Part shown: piece by piece, positions 9,493-18,563 of the stretch
Layout: each line of letters begins with the position of its first letter
How positions within the stretch are numbered: the first letter of the stretch is position 1
Assembly: GCA_018304505.1 (NCBI GenBank)
Contig: JAGVWA010000014.1
Span: 1 to 54,204, forward strand
Source: Nanobdellati archaeon
GTDB taxonomy: Archaea > B1Sed10-29 > JAGVWA01
Direction of reading: 5' to 3'
Length of the DNA: 54,204 nt
Translations under genes and position numbers: made by a program
Notes under the pieces: model-generated
Database searches by the model: none
What the model was told of the DNA's origin: nothing
Seen by the model: only the letters and a program-made list of their open reading frames with translations

Positions 9493-11643
9493 ATGAGCCG
9501 TGTAAGTGCAGCAAATAAAATGGCAGCGGGCCGTATGGACTTTAAAGTAGAAAACATCCTAGCCACGGCAAAGTATCAAGGCAAGATTGATGTTGACAAG
9601 GTTTCAAGGAAGTACTGGAGCAGCCGATACCATGAAGAGGCGTATGGGGCTTGCCAGGTTAAGTTCAGGGAATCAGGCGCTACATTTGGCTTGTTTGATC
9701 ACGGCAAGTTTACGATAACAGGGGCAACGTCAGAGACGGAACTCGATGATGCTGTAAGACTATTCGCGAAAAAAATAGTTCCGCCACTGAGCGACCGTAA
9801 ATTGATAGTTACAGATGTTAAAATCGAGAACATCCTCGCCACCGCTGACCTAAAGCAGCACATCGACCTTGTGAGGCTCGTGAGGAAAAGCAGGGGCATA
9901 AAATATGACCCTAAGAAATTCCCCGCGGCGTTTGTGCATTTTAAAAAACCTGATGGCACCGTCACACTGTTCGCGAGTGGCAAGCTGACTGTTACTGGTT
10001 TGTCAACCCTGCCGAGCATCAATGAAGTCGTGTCTAAAGTGAAGTCGATTGTAAGCCAGCAGGCTGCACCTGCAAAACCAATATCATTAAGGCCAAAGAA
10101 GATGCGCGCGCGCGTCGAGAACCCCGCCCTGCATTTTGGGGGAGCCTTTGTGATGCCTAAGAGGAGAAAGAGCCCGTTGGATTTCAATGTTGAGAATGTT
10201 CTGGCAACCGCAGACCTTGACACAAACCTTGACTTGTTCCGCATTACAGAGAAAATCAAGTCAGCAAGGTTCAAGCACGGCCCAATGGGGGTAGTGCAAA
10301 TCGATTTAAATGATCCCGATTCTACAATGGCGATGTTTGCTAATGGCAAGATCACTTCAGCAGGGTGCGCGTCGCAAAAGGAACTCTCGGGGTGCTTCAG
10401 GAAAGTTTACGCCATGATAAAGCCACCTTTGTCTGATGACGAACCTCGGCTTTCAAAAATACAAGTTGAGAACATCCTTGCTACTGCTGATTTTAAGAAG
10501 CCCCTGAATTTGCAGAAGATAGCGAGGGCAGCAAAGAACGCAGAGTACAAACCCGCAACCTTTCCCGCGGTCGTTCTGAGGTTTAAGAAACCAGATGCTG
10601 CAGTCGAGTTGTTCGAAAATGGAAAATTGACGTGCATTGGCACCAGGACAATAAAGGATCTCGATGATGTGCTTGCGCAGGCAGCTGCACTGGTTTATTC
10701 AGTGATGCCGCGCCTCGCGGAACGGCCTGCAAAAACAAAGGTAGTGAAGGCAGGGAAGGTAAAAGCGCGACCACGGGTGATTCTGTGGCACAAGCAAAGG
10801 CACGCGAAGCTGAATGCATTTGTTTTAGTGGTGTTGCTGCTGGCCTTGTTCAGCACGGCCCTGATGCGCAGCGATTTAACAGGCCCTATTAACGGTTTTC
10901 CAGAAATCGTTTTCCCGCCGCTGGTGCCGGTTGCGCCGGTTGTTAATGAGACATTTGTTCCTCAAATTCCATCTGGAGGGATTTCCGGCATTGCCCAGGG
11001 GCCTGGCGGTGAGCGGATTGCGCAGCTAATCGTCACTATGAGTGAGCCTACTGACAAGGCCGCGGCCGCAGTGCTGACGTTTTACAATGGCGAGAACCAG
11101 ATATTCTATCCTGAAAAAATCGGAAACGTTTATGACGCGGGCTTGAAAAGCGAGCTTGATGACCCATTTATTATCGAGATAAACTGCAATAGCCTTGGCA
11201 GGCGCGTGGTGTCAAAGTATCAGTTTAATTTCACAGAGCCTATCATGGATTATGTTGCTACGTGCGATTCATTAAGCGGGAGCACTTACACCGCCTTATC
11301 GCGAAAAACAGCTTCTACATTACCCGGAACGCCACAGCAGGAACCAGTGCAGAGCGTGCCAACCGCGCCAGAAAAGTTTTTCATCAACGTAAAACTCGTG
11401 ACATCTGGCAACCAAACAGGGCAGAACATTACCTTGGTGTATGACGATTCGCCCGCGGATCCCGAAAAGCGGACAGAGGTGAGCAACCTTACGAACTCTG
11501 AGGGCTTCACGCAGTTCTACATATTTTCAAGCAACCTTTACTCGCCGTCGTTGTTCTATCAGTTTACCTATCCGTGCGTTGGCGGTGGAAGGAATCATGG
11601 GGAGTACATCAACGTTTACACTACGGTCATATTGAGTTGCTGA
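9493..11643 (+). CDS. Tandem TATA-box-binding-protein domains (4 TBP repeats) + TM helix + extracellular region
   Basis: Four repeats of EN(I/V)LATA...F..GK.T..G; TM helix at about 10810-10866; Pro-rich linker; five N-X-T sequons afterwards. Start could be 9493, 9520 or 9535. Confidence 0.88.
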   Translation: MSRVSAANKMAAGRMDFKVENILATAKYQGKIDVDKVSRKYWSSRYHEEAYGACQVKFRESGATFGLFDHGKFTITGATSETELDDAVRLFAKKIVPPLSDRKLIVTDVKIENILATADLKQHIDLVRLVRKSRGIKYDPKKFPAAFVHFKKPDGTVTLFASGKLTVTGLSTLPSINEVVSKVKSIVSQQAAPAKPISLRPKKMRARVENPALHFGGAFVMPKRRKSPLDFNVENVLATADLDTNLDLFRITEKIKSARFKHGPMGVVQIDLNDPDSTMAMFANGKITSAGCASQKELSGCFRKVYAMIKPPLSDDEPRLSKIQVENILATADFKKPLNLQKIARAAKNAEYKPATFPAVVLRFKKPDAAVELFENGKLTCIGTRTIKDLDDVLAQAAALVYSVMPRLAERPAKTKVVKAGKVKARPRVILWHKQRHAKLNAFVLVVLLLALFSTALMRSDLTGPINGFPEIVFPPLVPVAPVVNETFVPQIPSGGISGIAQGPGGERIAQLIVTMSEPTDKAAAAVLTFYNGENQIFYPEKIGNVYDAGLKSELDDPFIIEINCNSLGRRVVSKYQFNFTEPIMDYVATCDSLSGSTYTALSRKTASTLPGTPQQEPVQSVPTAPEKFFINVKLVTSGNQTGQNITLVYDDSPADPEKRTEVSNLTNSEGFTQFYIFSSNLYSPSLFYQFTYPCVGGGRNHGEYINVYTTVILSC

Positions 11644-11677
11644 GTAGCGAAAATTTAGAGGCCGAAAAAACGAAAAT

Positions 11678-12019
11678 TTAGAGAATCGCCCTGAAGCTTG
11701 CCTCTATTCGTCTTTTTGTCCAGCTTGATAAGGCATAGAGGAAGAATCCGCCGACGATGAAAACGATGAATATCAGCCTGATTAAGTCAAAGCTTTCTAT
11801 CCCTGCTGGTTGGAAAATGTCGAGTAGGAGAAGGATAAATATCGAGCTCGTGATGAGGCTTATGTAGGTGATCTCGTTCGATATTTCCTTTAAATATTCG
11901 ACAAGCAGGTAGTCGTAAGTGAATTGCGTGCCCATGGCTCTGGATGTGCCTGAAGGTTTTGCTTTGCTGTGGGGTGTTGCTTTGCTGCGGCTTGGTTTCA
12001 TGGTGGACGTTGCTGCCAT
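11678..12019 (-). CDS. Small two-TM membrane protein
   Basis: Two hydrophobic helices; TATA-like TTTATA upstream. Confidence 0.7.
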   Translation of the reverse strand: MAATSTMKPSRSKATPHSKAKPSGTSRAMGTQFTYDYLLVEYLKEISNEITYISLITSSIFILLLLDIFQPAGIESFDLIRLIFIVFIVGGFFLYALSSWTKRRIEASFRAIL

Positions 12020-12135
12020 GTTTTCACTTAAGCTGTTTTAGTATAAATATGTAGTGCCATGCCGTCTTTGGCGTGCGCTTTGGTGTGGGCAGGCACTCTT
12101 TCGATTATGTTGTTGAATAAAGGGTTTCTGGGTTT

Positions 12136-12429
12136 TTAACCGAAGAGTGCTGCTAGTCCGCCGCCTTCGTCTGCTGGCGCTGGTTCTTCCTTCTTTTCTG
12201 CTTTTGGCTGTTCTGCTGCTCCGCTTGCCTGGACTGCTGCTGCGACTGGTGCGACTGCTGCGCTGGCTATTGCTTCGTCTATGTCAACGCCGTCAAGTGA
12301 TGCAATGAGTGCCTTTACCTTGCCTGCGTCTGCGTCGATGCCTGCTGATTTCAGCACTTTTGTCACTGCGTCTTCAGTCACGTCTTTTTTTGCGGAGTGC
12401 AACATTAGAGCTGCGTATACGTATTCCAT
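12136..12429 (-). CDS. rpl12: 50S ribosomal stalk protein P1/L12
   Basis: MEYVYAALMLH...GLAALFG. Confidence 0.97.
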   Translation of the reverse strand: MEYVYAALMLHSAKKDVTEDAVTKVLKSAGIDADAGKVKALIASLDGVDIDEAIASAAVAPVAAAVQASGAAEQPKAEKKEEPAPADEGGGLAALFG

Positions 12430-12444
12430 TTTTTTTCTCCTCCG

Positions 12445-13476
12445 TTATTCCTGTGGTGGTTGTTGTTCTTCCTGTTTTGTTGGTTCTGTTGGTGTTGGTT
12501 GTTCTTGTGGTTGTTCTGTTGTTGGTTGTGTGGGTTGTTCTGTTGTTGGTTGTGATGTTTGTGAATATCCTTTTGCCTCCAGCGTCGACATTAAGGCCGA
12601 GCCCCGTCGTCCGCCCTTGGCGATGATGTTCTTGATTGTCTTGCTTGTCGGGTAGTCTATGTGGTTTGCCAAACCCAAGGAATTGGCTTCTGCCTTGCGT
12701 AGCATTATTTTGATTGACTGTCTTGTCGGGTAGCCTGCAAAGACCGCAAGGTTTATCGAGTATGCTATTGCGTTATTCAGGGTTTGCCTGAATTGCTCTT
12801 CGTCGATGCTTAGCACTTCCGGCAGGTAGATGGTGCCGTCTTTGTATAACGCAGTTATCTGCAGGCCGATCTTCATTGGCTTTATGCCAAGTTTCAAGAG
12901 CGCAGAGGCCTTCACGGGTGTTATTTCCTCACCCGCCTTTACGATGATTGAGTCTTCAGCGATCACGATTTTGCCCTTGTCCAGCTTTACCTTGAGGCCC
13001 GCTTGCTTTAGCTCTGCTAGTGCAGGGCCTGCGGGCATGTCGGTTTCTGCTGCCGGCACAATGATGTCTCCTAGGGCTAGTTGCCCGGGCTTTGCTGACG
13101 CGTTGCTCATGTTCTTTTTTAGGTAATTGAACAGCTTGAATGGGTCTTCTTTTGATACGATTAGGCCTGCTGGGCCGTTGAGGTGTTCGGTTAGTTTAGC
13201 TAGGTCATAGTCCACAAGTTTGGAGATGGCTCGCCTGATCAATTCTGATCGCGCGACCTTGACGTCTGCCCTGCCCCTGAGTTTCTTTCGAAGTTCCTGA
13301 AATTCCCTTGACGGCAGCGATTCGATTGCGATAACTCCGACCACGTGCTGGTCCTTCAGAAAGCCTGCGATCTCGTCTACCTGTTTCAGTTTCCACTCGG
13401 CAACGCGCGTTTCAGCTGTTTCTGCCGGCTGTGCGCCAACTGTTGTAACTGGTGCTGCTGCGACTGCGTCTGTCAT
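12445..13476 (-). CDS. rpl10: 50S ribosomal protein L10/P0
   Basis: VAEWK, LRKKLRG, DPFKLF, AKPGQ, LGIKPMKIGL; position in operon. Confidence 0.96.
   Translation of the reverse strand: MTDAVAAAPVTTVGAQPAETAETRVAEWKLKQVDEIAGFLKDQHVVGVIAIESLPSREFQELRKKLRGRADVKVARSELIRRAISKLVDYDLAKLTEHLNGPAGLIVSKEDPFKLFNYLKKNMSNASAKPGQLALGDIIVPAAETDMPAGPALAELKQAGLKVKLDKGKIVIAEDSIIVKAGEEITPVKASALLKLGIKPMKIGLQITALYKDGTIYLPEVLSIDEEQFRQTLNNAIAYSINLAVFAGYPTRQSIKIMLRKAEANSLGLANHIDYPTSKTIKNIIAKGGRRGSALMSTLEAKGYSQTSQPTTEQPTQPTTEQPQEQPTPTEPTKQEEQQPPQE
12455..12552 (-). repeat. Low-complexity tandem repeats encoding the QPTTEQP tail of P0
   Basis: Repeated GGTTGTTCTGTTGTTGGTTGTG units on the + strand. Confidence 0.7.
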
Positions 13477-14117
13477 TTCATCTCCACCTTTATTACTGGG
13501 CCCATTGTTGTTTTTATGAACATTGATTTTATGTTGCCTTCTTGGTTAGGCAGGCTCGCTATGACCTTGCTGTACACGAAGCGTATGTTCTCTTCCAGGT
13601 CTTGGTTGGGCATGTCTTCTGTTCCAACGGGGGTGTGCACTGTTGGCAGGAACTTGCCCTTGTTTTTTATGGTAATGGTTTCCTGTAAGCCCTTGATGAT
13701 GTTTTCTATCGGCGATCGTGGTGGCACGGGTTTCGGCATCTTGCCTTTTGGTCCGAGTACCTGTCCCAGGTTCTTGGCTACGAGGCCCATGATTGCGGGG
13801 TCAGCTTCTGCGAGGAAGAAGTCGATCTTGCTTGTGATTTGTTTGACCTTCTTCTTGTCTTGCCCAAGGTCTGAAAGTTCGGCGTCTGTAATGACGACGT
13901 CTGCTGCTTTTTTTGCAGCGTCCACCATCGTCTTTGTAATGACGGCTACGCGTTTTTTCTTGCCCCTGCCTTTGGGCAGCTTTAGTTCCAGCTTGAGCCT
14001 ATTGTCCGGCTTGTTGAAATCAACGGTGCGAAAATTGATAATTAAGTCTACGCTTTGATTAAATTTGCGTTGCTTGCTCTTGTCTTTGATTTCTTGTATC
14101 GCCTGTGCGAGTTTCAT
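13473..14117 (-). CDS. rpl1: 50S ribosomal protein L1
   Basis: RKFNQSVDLIINF, LGPKGKMP, KTTMGP; GGAGG RBS before MKLAQ. Confidence 0.97.
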   Translation of the reverse strand: MKLAQAIQEIKDKSKQRKFNQSVDLIINFRTVDFNKPDNRLKLELKLPKGRGKKKRVAVITKTMVDAAKKAADVVITDAELSDLGQDKKKVKQITSKIDFFLAEADPAIMGLVAKNLGQVLGPKGKMPKPVPPRSPIENIIKGLQETITIKNKGKFLPTVHTPVGTEDMPNQDLEENIRFVYSKVIASLPNQEGNIKSMFIKTTMGPVIKVEMK

Positions 14118-14242
14118 GTAAAAACACCCTCCTAGCGCCTTCCTCATTGCGAGGTGCGGTAGTGTGTTGGGCAGTTGTTATCGTGTGGTGTTGCGTTAGT
14201 ATTTTTGTGTTTTTGGTTTATAAGCTTTTTGTTGCCTCGATT

Positions 14243-14497
14243 TTAGTCTTGGCCGTCTTGAAATTCGAGTGCTGATGCCACGAGGCTTAGCTGCTCGTTG
14301 TTTTCCGCCAGGGCTTGTTCAATCCTGCCCCTCGTATCTTTTGGCACGGGCCCCGTGTCGCCTATGTCGTGGAATTCATTAATTAAGTTAGTGCCTTCTG
14401 TGTCAAGCTCTTTCTGCAATGCCTGCAGTGCTGCTTGGTTTTGATGGTCCACGGCGCTATAAAATCTTTGATCAAATTGATCTTGGTTCATCCACAT
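14243..14497 (-). CDS. Small acidic helical orphan, Met-Trp N-terminus (MW family)
   Basis: MWMNQDQF start preceded by RBS-like AGGACGTGA; N-terminus resembles MWMTQDIF at 42775. Confidence 0.7.
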   Translation of the reverse strand: MWMNQDQFDQRFYSAVDHQNQAALQALQKELDTEGTNLINEFHDIGDTGPVPKDTRGRIEQALAENNEQLSLVASALEFQDGQD

Positions 14498-14547
14498 CTG
14501 CTTCACGTCCTTTGCGCGTTTTGATTTTTGGATCAAGCGGTTCTTGG

Positions 14548-15249
14548 TTACTTCTTCTTGGCGCCCTTTCCGCCTTTGCCACCCTTGGCGTTGGTTGCCG
14601 TTGCGGGTGCTGCTGCGGCTTCTTGGATCTCGGTAGTGCCCTTGACCTTCTTTTTCTTGCCTGCTTCTTCGCCTTCCTTTGTGGCTGCGCCTAATTGAGT
14701 AATGGCATCGATGTGCTGCTTGTTCTTTTTCATGACATCCTCCTTGCTGGGAATTTCAAGTTCAATTTTGCCTGAAAGCTTGTCATCAAACTTGCCTGTG
14801 TCAACCTCTTTCTGCATTTCCCGTGGGTCTTTTCCGTCTACGAGGATGCCCATTGGTATGCACGAGCCGATGACTTCCTTTAGGGCTGCCCTGTCGGACC
14901 GTCCATGGATAACGTTTCTTTTGGTTTTGAGGATCTTGATTAATTGATCAACTGCGATGTCGCCAGCCTTTACTAATGCTGCTTTTCCAGATCCTTTTTG
15001 GATAAAGATTGCGTTCTTGATCAGGGCACTTGTCGGCGGTGTACCAACTTCGATTGTGTAACTCTTTGCGGCAGTATCAACGATGACCTTTACCGGCACC
15101 CTGGTTCCGGCGAACTCTTTTGTTGCGGCGTTGATGTCTCCGACTACCTTGCCGATGTTCAGGCCCATTGGCGCCAGTGTCGGCCCTAGAGGTGGGCCCG
15201 CTGTGGCCTTGCCGCCTTCGATTAGCGCGTTTACGATTTTTTCCGCCAT
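14548..15249 (-). CDS. rpl11: 50S ribosomal protein L11 with C-terminal extension
   Basis: GGKATAGPPLGP, VPVKV, PPTSALI. Confidence 0.97.
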   Translation of the reverse strand: MAEKIVNALIEGGKATAGPPLGPTLAPMGLNIGKVVGDINAATKEFAGTRVPVKVIVDTAAKSYTIEVGTPPTSALIKNAIFIQKGSGKAALVKAGDIAVDQLIKILKTKRNVIHGRSDRAALKEVIGSCIPMGILVDGKDPREMQKEVDTGKFDDKLSGKIELEIPSKEDVMKKNKQHIDAITQLGAATKEGEEAGKKKKVKGTTEIQEAAAAPATATNAKGGKGGKGAKKK

Positions 15250-15250
15250 G

Positions 15251-15727
15251 TTACACTTTCGCCCCTGTTGTTTCTTTTGCTTCTTCCTTGTCCTGCTTTT
15301 CGATCAGGCGCACTTGCGATGCGTCTACTGTAATCGGAATCGGTACTGCTGATTCTATAATCTCCACGGTGATTTTTTCCTTGCCTTCATCTACGCGGAT
15401 GATGCGCGCTTTTTCTCCCTTGAAGGCCCCGCTTGTTAATTCCACGGTGTCCCCGCGGGCGAAGCCGCTGGTCATTGCCTTGACTTCGAAGAAGTGGTCA
15501 AGTTCTTGGATTTGTAACTGCCCTTTCACCAAGCCGCGTATGTTTGGGGCTTTGTAAGTAAGCTTCTTGATCTCGCCCTCGTTCTCGGCTTCTATTACCA
15601 GATAGCCTTTGAGCCCATCGATTAGCGCAATCGAGGGTATCGCGAGCCCTTCTAATTTTGTCTTGTTTTCGAGTATCTCTGCTACGACTTTCTCTTGGCC
15701 GATTACTGTTCTTACGCCAAAAATCAT
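15251..15727 (-). CDS. spt5: Transcription elongation factor Spt5 (NusG)
   Basis: GQEKVVA, LKGY, KOW motif GDTVELTSGAFKGE. Confidence 0.96.
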   Translation of the reverse strand: MIFGVRTVIGQEKVVAEILENKTKLEGLAIPSIALIDGLKGYLVIEAENEGEIKKLTYKAPNIRGLVKGQLQIQELDHFFEVKAMTSGFARGDTVELTSGAFKGEKARIIRVDEGKEKITVEIIESAVPIPITVDASQVRLIEKQDKEEAKETTGAKV

Positions 15728-15813
15728 TTTCTCACGGTGTTTTTTAAGTGCTTAAAACTAGCCTTGCCTATTTTTTGGGGTATTTGGTTTAAAAGCTTTC
15801 TCTTTCTGTTGTT

Positions 15814-16005
15814 TTACACGAACCCAAACACGTAGCCGAGGCTCATGATTATATAGCCGATTGCTCCAAGGACCACCATTCCGAGGCCTGTTACCTTGGC
15901 CACGGCGGCGAATTCCTGTTTTTTTGGTTTTTTAGTCAGCCGCATGACGCGTATGGCCCTCGTTACAAAGCTGCCTGTTCGCTCTTGCAGGTTTTTCAGG
16001 TCCAT
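15814..16005 (-). CDS. secE: Protein translocase SecE/Sec61-gamma
   Basis: RVMRLTKKPKKQEF plus TM helix; ftsZ-secE-spt5 context. Confidence 0.93.
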   Translation of the reverse strand: MDLKNLQERTGSFVTRAIRVMRLTKKPKKQEFAAVAKVTGLGMVVLGAIGYIIMSLGYVFGFV

Positions 16006-16040
16006 TTTTTAGTCATCTCTTTTGCTGTTTCGTTGCTGGG

Positions 16041-17267
16041 CTACACATAATCGAGGTCTAGGTCTGCGTCTGTGCCGCGAGAGCTGCCTTCTTCGAGGTA
16101 GGGTATCCGGCCCCCAGATATCAGCACCATTGCTTGTATCGTATTCCTAGGTAAGTCTTCGTTGACCATGGCGCCCCATATGATGTGCGATTCATGGTGT
16201 ATCTTTGACGCCACGGCCTCGCAGATGATTTCTGCTTCCCTGAGGCTCATGTCGCCCCCGCCGATGACGTTTATCAGGGCCCTGTTTGAATCTGACACGT
16301 CAACATCAAGCAGCGGCGAGTTGAGTGCCTCTTCGACAGCCTCCAATGCCCGGGCCTCGCTTGAGGTCGTGTCGCCTGAACTTTCGCCGAGGCCGATCAT
16401 GGCAGAGCCGCCGTCGGTAAGGATTGTCCTGACGTCTGCGAAGTCAAGGTTGACTAAGCCTGGGCGTGTGATCATTTCTGTGATGCCTTTTACCGCATTC
16501 GTCAGCACCTCGTCGGCTACCTTGAAGGCCGCATTTAACGGCAATTCAGGTACGATTTCGAGTAGCTTATCATTTGGGATGACGATTGTTGTGTCCGTGT
16601 GTTTCCTCAGTTTCTGCAGGCCGCTGAGGGCGTTCTGCATCCTCTTTTTGCCTTCAACAGAAAATGGCAATGTGACGATGGCCACTGTCAGGGCTCCCAT
16701 GTCCTTTGCCACGTTTCCAATAACTGGGGCACAGCCTGTTCCCGTGCCGCCGCCAAGGCCACATGTTATGAATACAAGGTTTGCGTCGTCCAGAACCTCA
16801 CGGATGTCGTCCTGGTTTTCCTTTGCAGCTTCCTCTCCAACTTGCGGGTTTGATCCTGCGCCTAGTCCGCGCGTGAGCTTTTTTCCAATAAGGACTTTCT
16901 TGTCTGCTGGAATCATGAGAAGGTGTTGAGCATCGGTGTTTACGGCAATGAACTCAGCGCCGTGAATGCCGATTTCGCTCATCCTGAGCATGGTGTTGTT
17001 TCCGGAGCCCCCTGCTCCAATGACTTTTATGCGGGCAGAGCTTTTGTCAAGCGTGTCTTGCAATTCTTTGTCTGTCATGGCGCCTTTCTTGGCCTTTGCT
17101 GCAGCTGCTGGCGCTTTTTTCTGTTCGTCCGCCGCCTGCCGCGCGAACTTTTTCAGTTCCATTTCTTCAGCATCAATGATGCTTGACGTTTTTCCTGTGA
17201 TCTTCGTTGAAGTGGTTTTTTTCATTTTGCCTTTTCGGCCCGCTGCTCGTTTTATTATCGATTTCAA
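16041..17267 (-). CDS. ftsZ: Cell division protein FtsZ
   Basis: GAGGSGNN, GGGTGTG, NLDFAD; TTG start with GGGGG RBS, start uncertain. Confidence 0.97.
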   Translation of the reverse strand: MKSIIKRAAGRKGKMKKTTSTKITGKTSSIIDAEEMELKKFARQAADEQKKAPAAAAKAKKGAMTDKELQDTLDKSSARIKVIGAGGSGNNTMLRMSEIGIHGAEFIAVNTDAQHLLMIPADKKVLIGKKLTRGLGAGSNPQVGEEAAKENQDDIREVLDDANLVFITCGLGGGTGTGCAPVIGNVAKDMGALTVAIVTLPFSVEGKKRMQNALSGLQKLRKHTDTTIVIPNDKLLEIVPELPLNAAFKVADEVLTNAVKGITEMITRPGLVNLDFADVRTILTDGGSAMIGLGESSGDTTSSEARALEAVEEALNSPLLDVDVSDSNRALINVIGGGDMSLREAEIICEAVASKIHHESHIIWGAMVNEDLPRNTIQAMVLISGGRIPYLEEGSSRGTDADLDLDYV

Positions 17268-17413
17268 GTAGAAGCCCCCATATCGTTTTTAGTTTTAGTC
17301 ATTGTAGTCATGAACAGAAAGACTGATAGTAGTTCTGTACTAATTAGTATATAAGGATTTGTTTTGCAGGCGGGTAGGTTTTTTAAGCCCTTGCGTTAAT
17401 ATTAAAACCACAT

Positions 17414-17495
17414 GCTGGTGTGGCAGAGCGGTTAATGCGCTGGTCTCGAAAACCAGTTCCGAAAGGAATCGCAGGTTCAAATCCTGCCGCCAGCG
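17414..17495 (+). tRNA. tRNA-Ser(CGA)
   Basis: Acceptor GCTGGTG/CGCCAGC, anticodon arm CTGGT-CTCGAAA-ACCAG, long variable arm, TTCAAAT loop. Confidence 0.95.
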
Positions 17496-17498
17496 TAA

Positions 17499-17738
17499 GA
17501 GGGGCTTCGCCCCTTCTATCCCTGAAGCACTGCATTCGGCTTCGCCGAAGCAGAGCGGTTCTTTGGTTTTGAAAAACAGGGGTTTTCAAATTTGATAAAC
17601 GCGTAGCGTTCTGTCAAATGCAGCTTTCTTTTTAAGAAAGGTGCAAGCACCACCCTCAGCGTCAAAGGGCTTCGCCTACAACAAAACATGATTTTGTTGA
17701 GGCCTCAAAGAACTACGTTCTTTGCAGACCCTCTTGAC
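17499..17738 (+). repeat. Modular palindromic (REP/MITE-like) repeat cluster, copy A
   Basis: Stacked hairpins; shares TTTGAAAAAC..GTTTTCAAATTTGAyAAACGCGTAGCGTTCTGTCAA and CCCCTTCTATCCCTGAAGCACTG with copy B. Confidence 0.85.
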
Positions 17739-17839
17739 ACCTGCGGCGCATCAAGCATAGCTTGATGCACCTGTTTTTGGTGCGTCGAGGTGCCACAGTA
17801 AGGCTTGGCGCCATGGTTTTCTTTTCAACAACGCGTTTG

Positions 17840-18481
17840 TTAGATGTATTGCGCGAAGGCTATTGAACTTATTATTGAAACCAGAACAATGCCGAGCAGG
17901 TATGCAGCGATTGATCGCAGTGTTGTGATTTTGTGGGCCTGGCGTAAGCCGATGATGAACAATGCAATGCCCCAAACCTCAGCCAGCAGCACGAGCAGCA
18001 GTATTGGGGCTGTTACTGGATTTGCGAGAACTCCCGTTATCAGTTGCTCACTCGTCATATCCCCAAGGCCCTGGCTTATGAATACTTGTATGGGTTCAGG
18101 TGTTGTGTAGAAACCGATGTGCGAAAGCGCTGTGCTGATGGTGTCCGGGACAATTGCAAACCCGGCCATGGTAACGAATTGCTTTAGTGTCGCCGTGCCT
18201 TTTAGGGCAACCGCCATGTAGTGCATGACCAGGATTGTCAGTATGAGCATGGACAGCCCGAACACGGCGAGGGTGCCCCATGGGATTCCTGGGGCCGCAG
18301 CAAGTGGATTTACAACCGATGCAATAAAAGAAATTCCGAGAATTGCGATGCTTACTGGCAGGTATCTATCAGTGTTCTTTGCCGCGCGGTCGAAAAAACG
18401 CGATGGGGCGAACACAAGGTCCAGCAACTTGTAATCCTCATCGGTCTTGTGTTTTGCAGTTTTTGTTTTTCTCTGGGCCAT
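17840..18481 (-). CDS. Yip1-family membrane protein
   Basis: VFAPSRFF motif and five TM helices. Confidence 0.8.
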   Translation of the reverse strand: MAQRKTKTAKHKTDEDYKLLDLVFAPSRFFDRAAKNTDRYLPVSIAILGISFIASVVNPLAAAPGIPWGTLAVFGLSMLILTILVMHYMAVALKGTATLKQFVTMAGFAIVPDTISTALSHIGFYTTPEPIQVFISQGLGDMTSEQLITGVLANPVTAPILLLVLLAEVWGIALFIIGLRQAHKITTLRSIAAYLLGIVLVSIISSIAFAQYI

Positions 18482-18563
18482 GTGTACATCAACCGCGCAG
18501 GGTATTTATTCCTTTGTCAGTGGAAGCAACAATCCATATATATGGTGTGTGCGTTTGTAGCCC

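Noticed and set aside
17499-17738. CRISPR array
   Set aside because: No regularly spaced identical direct repeats with unique spacers, and no cas genes in the window.
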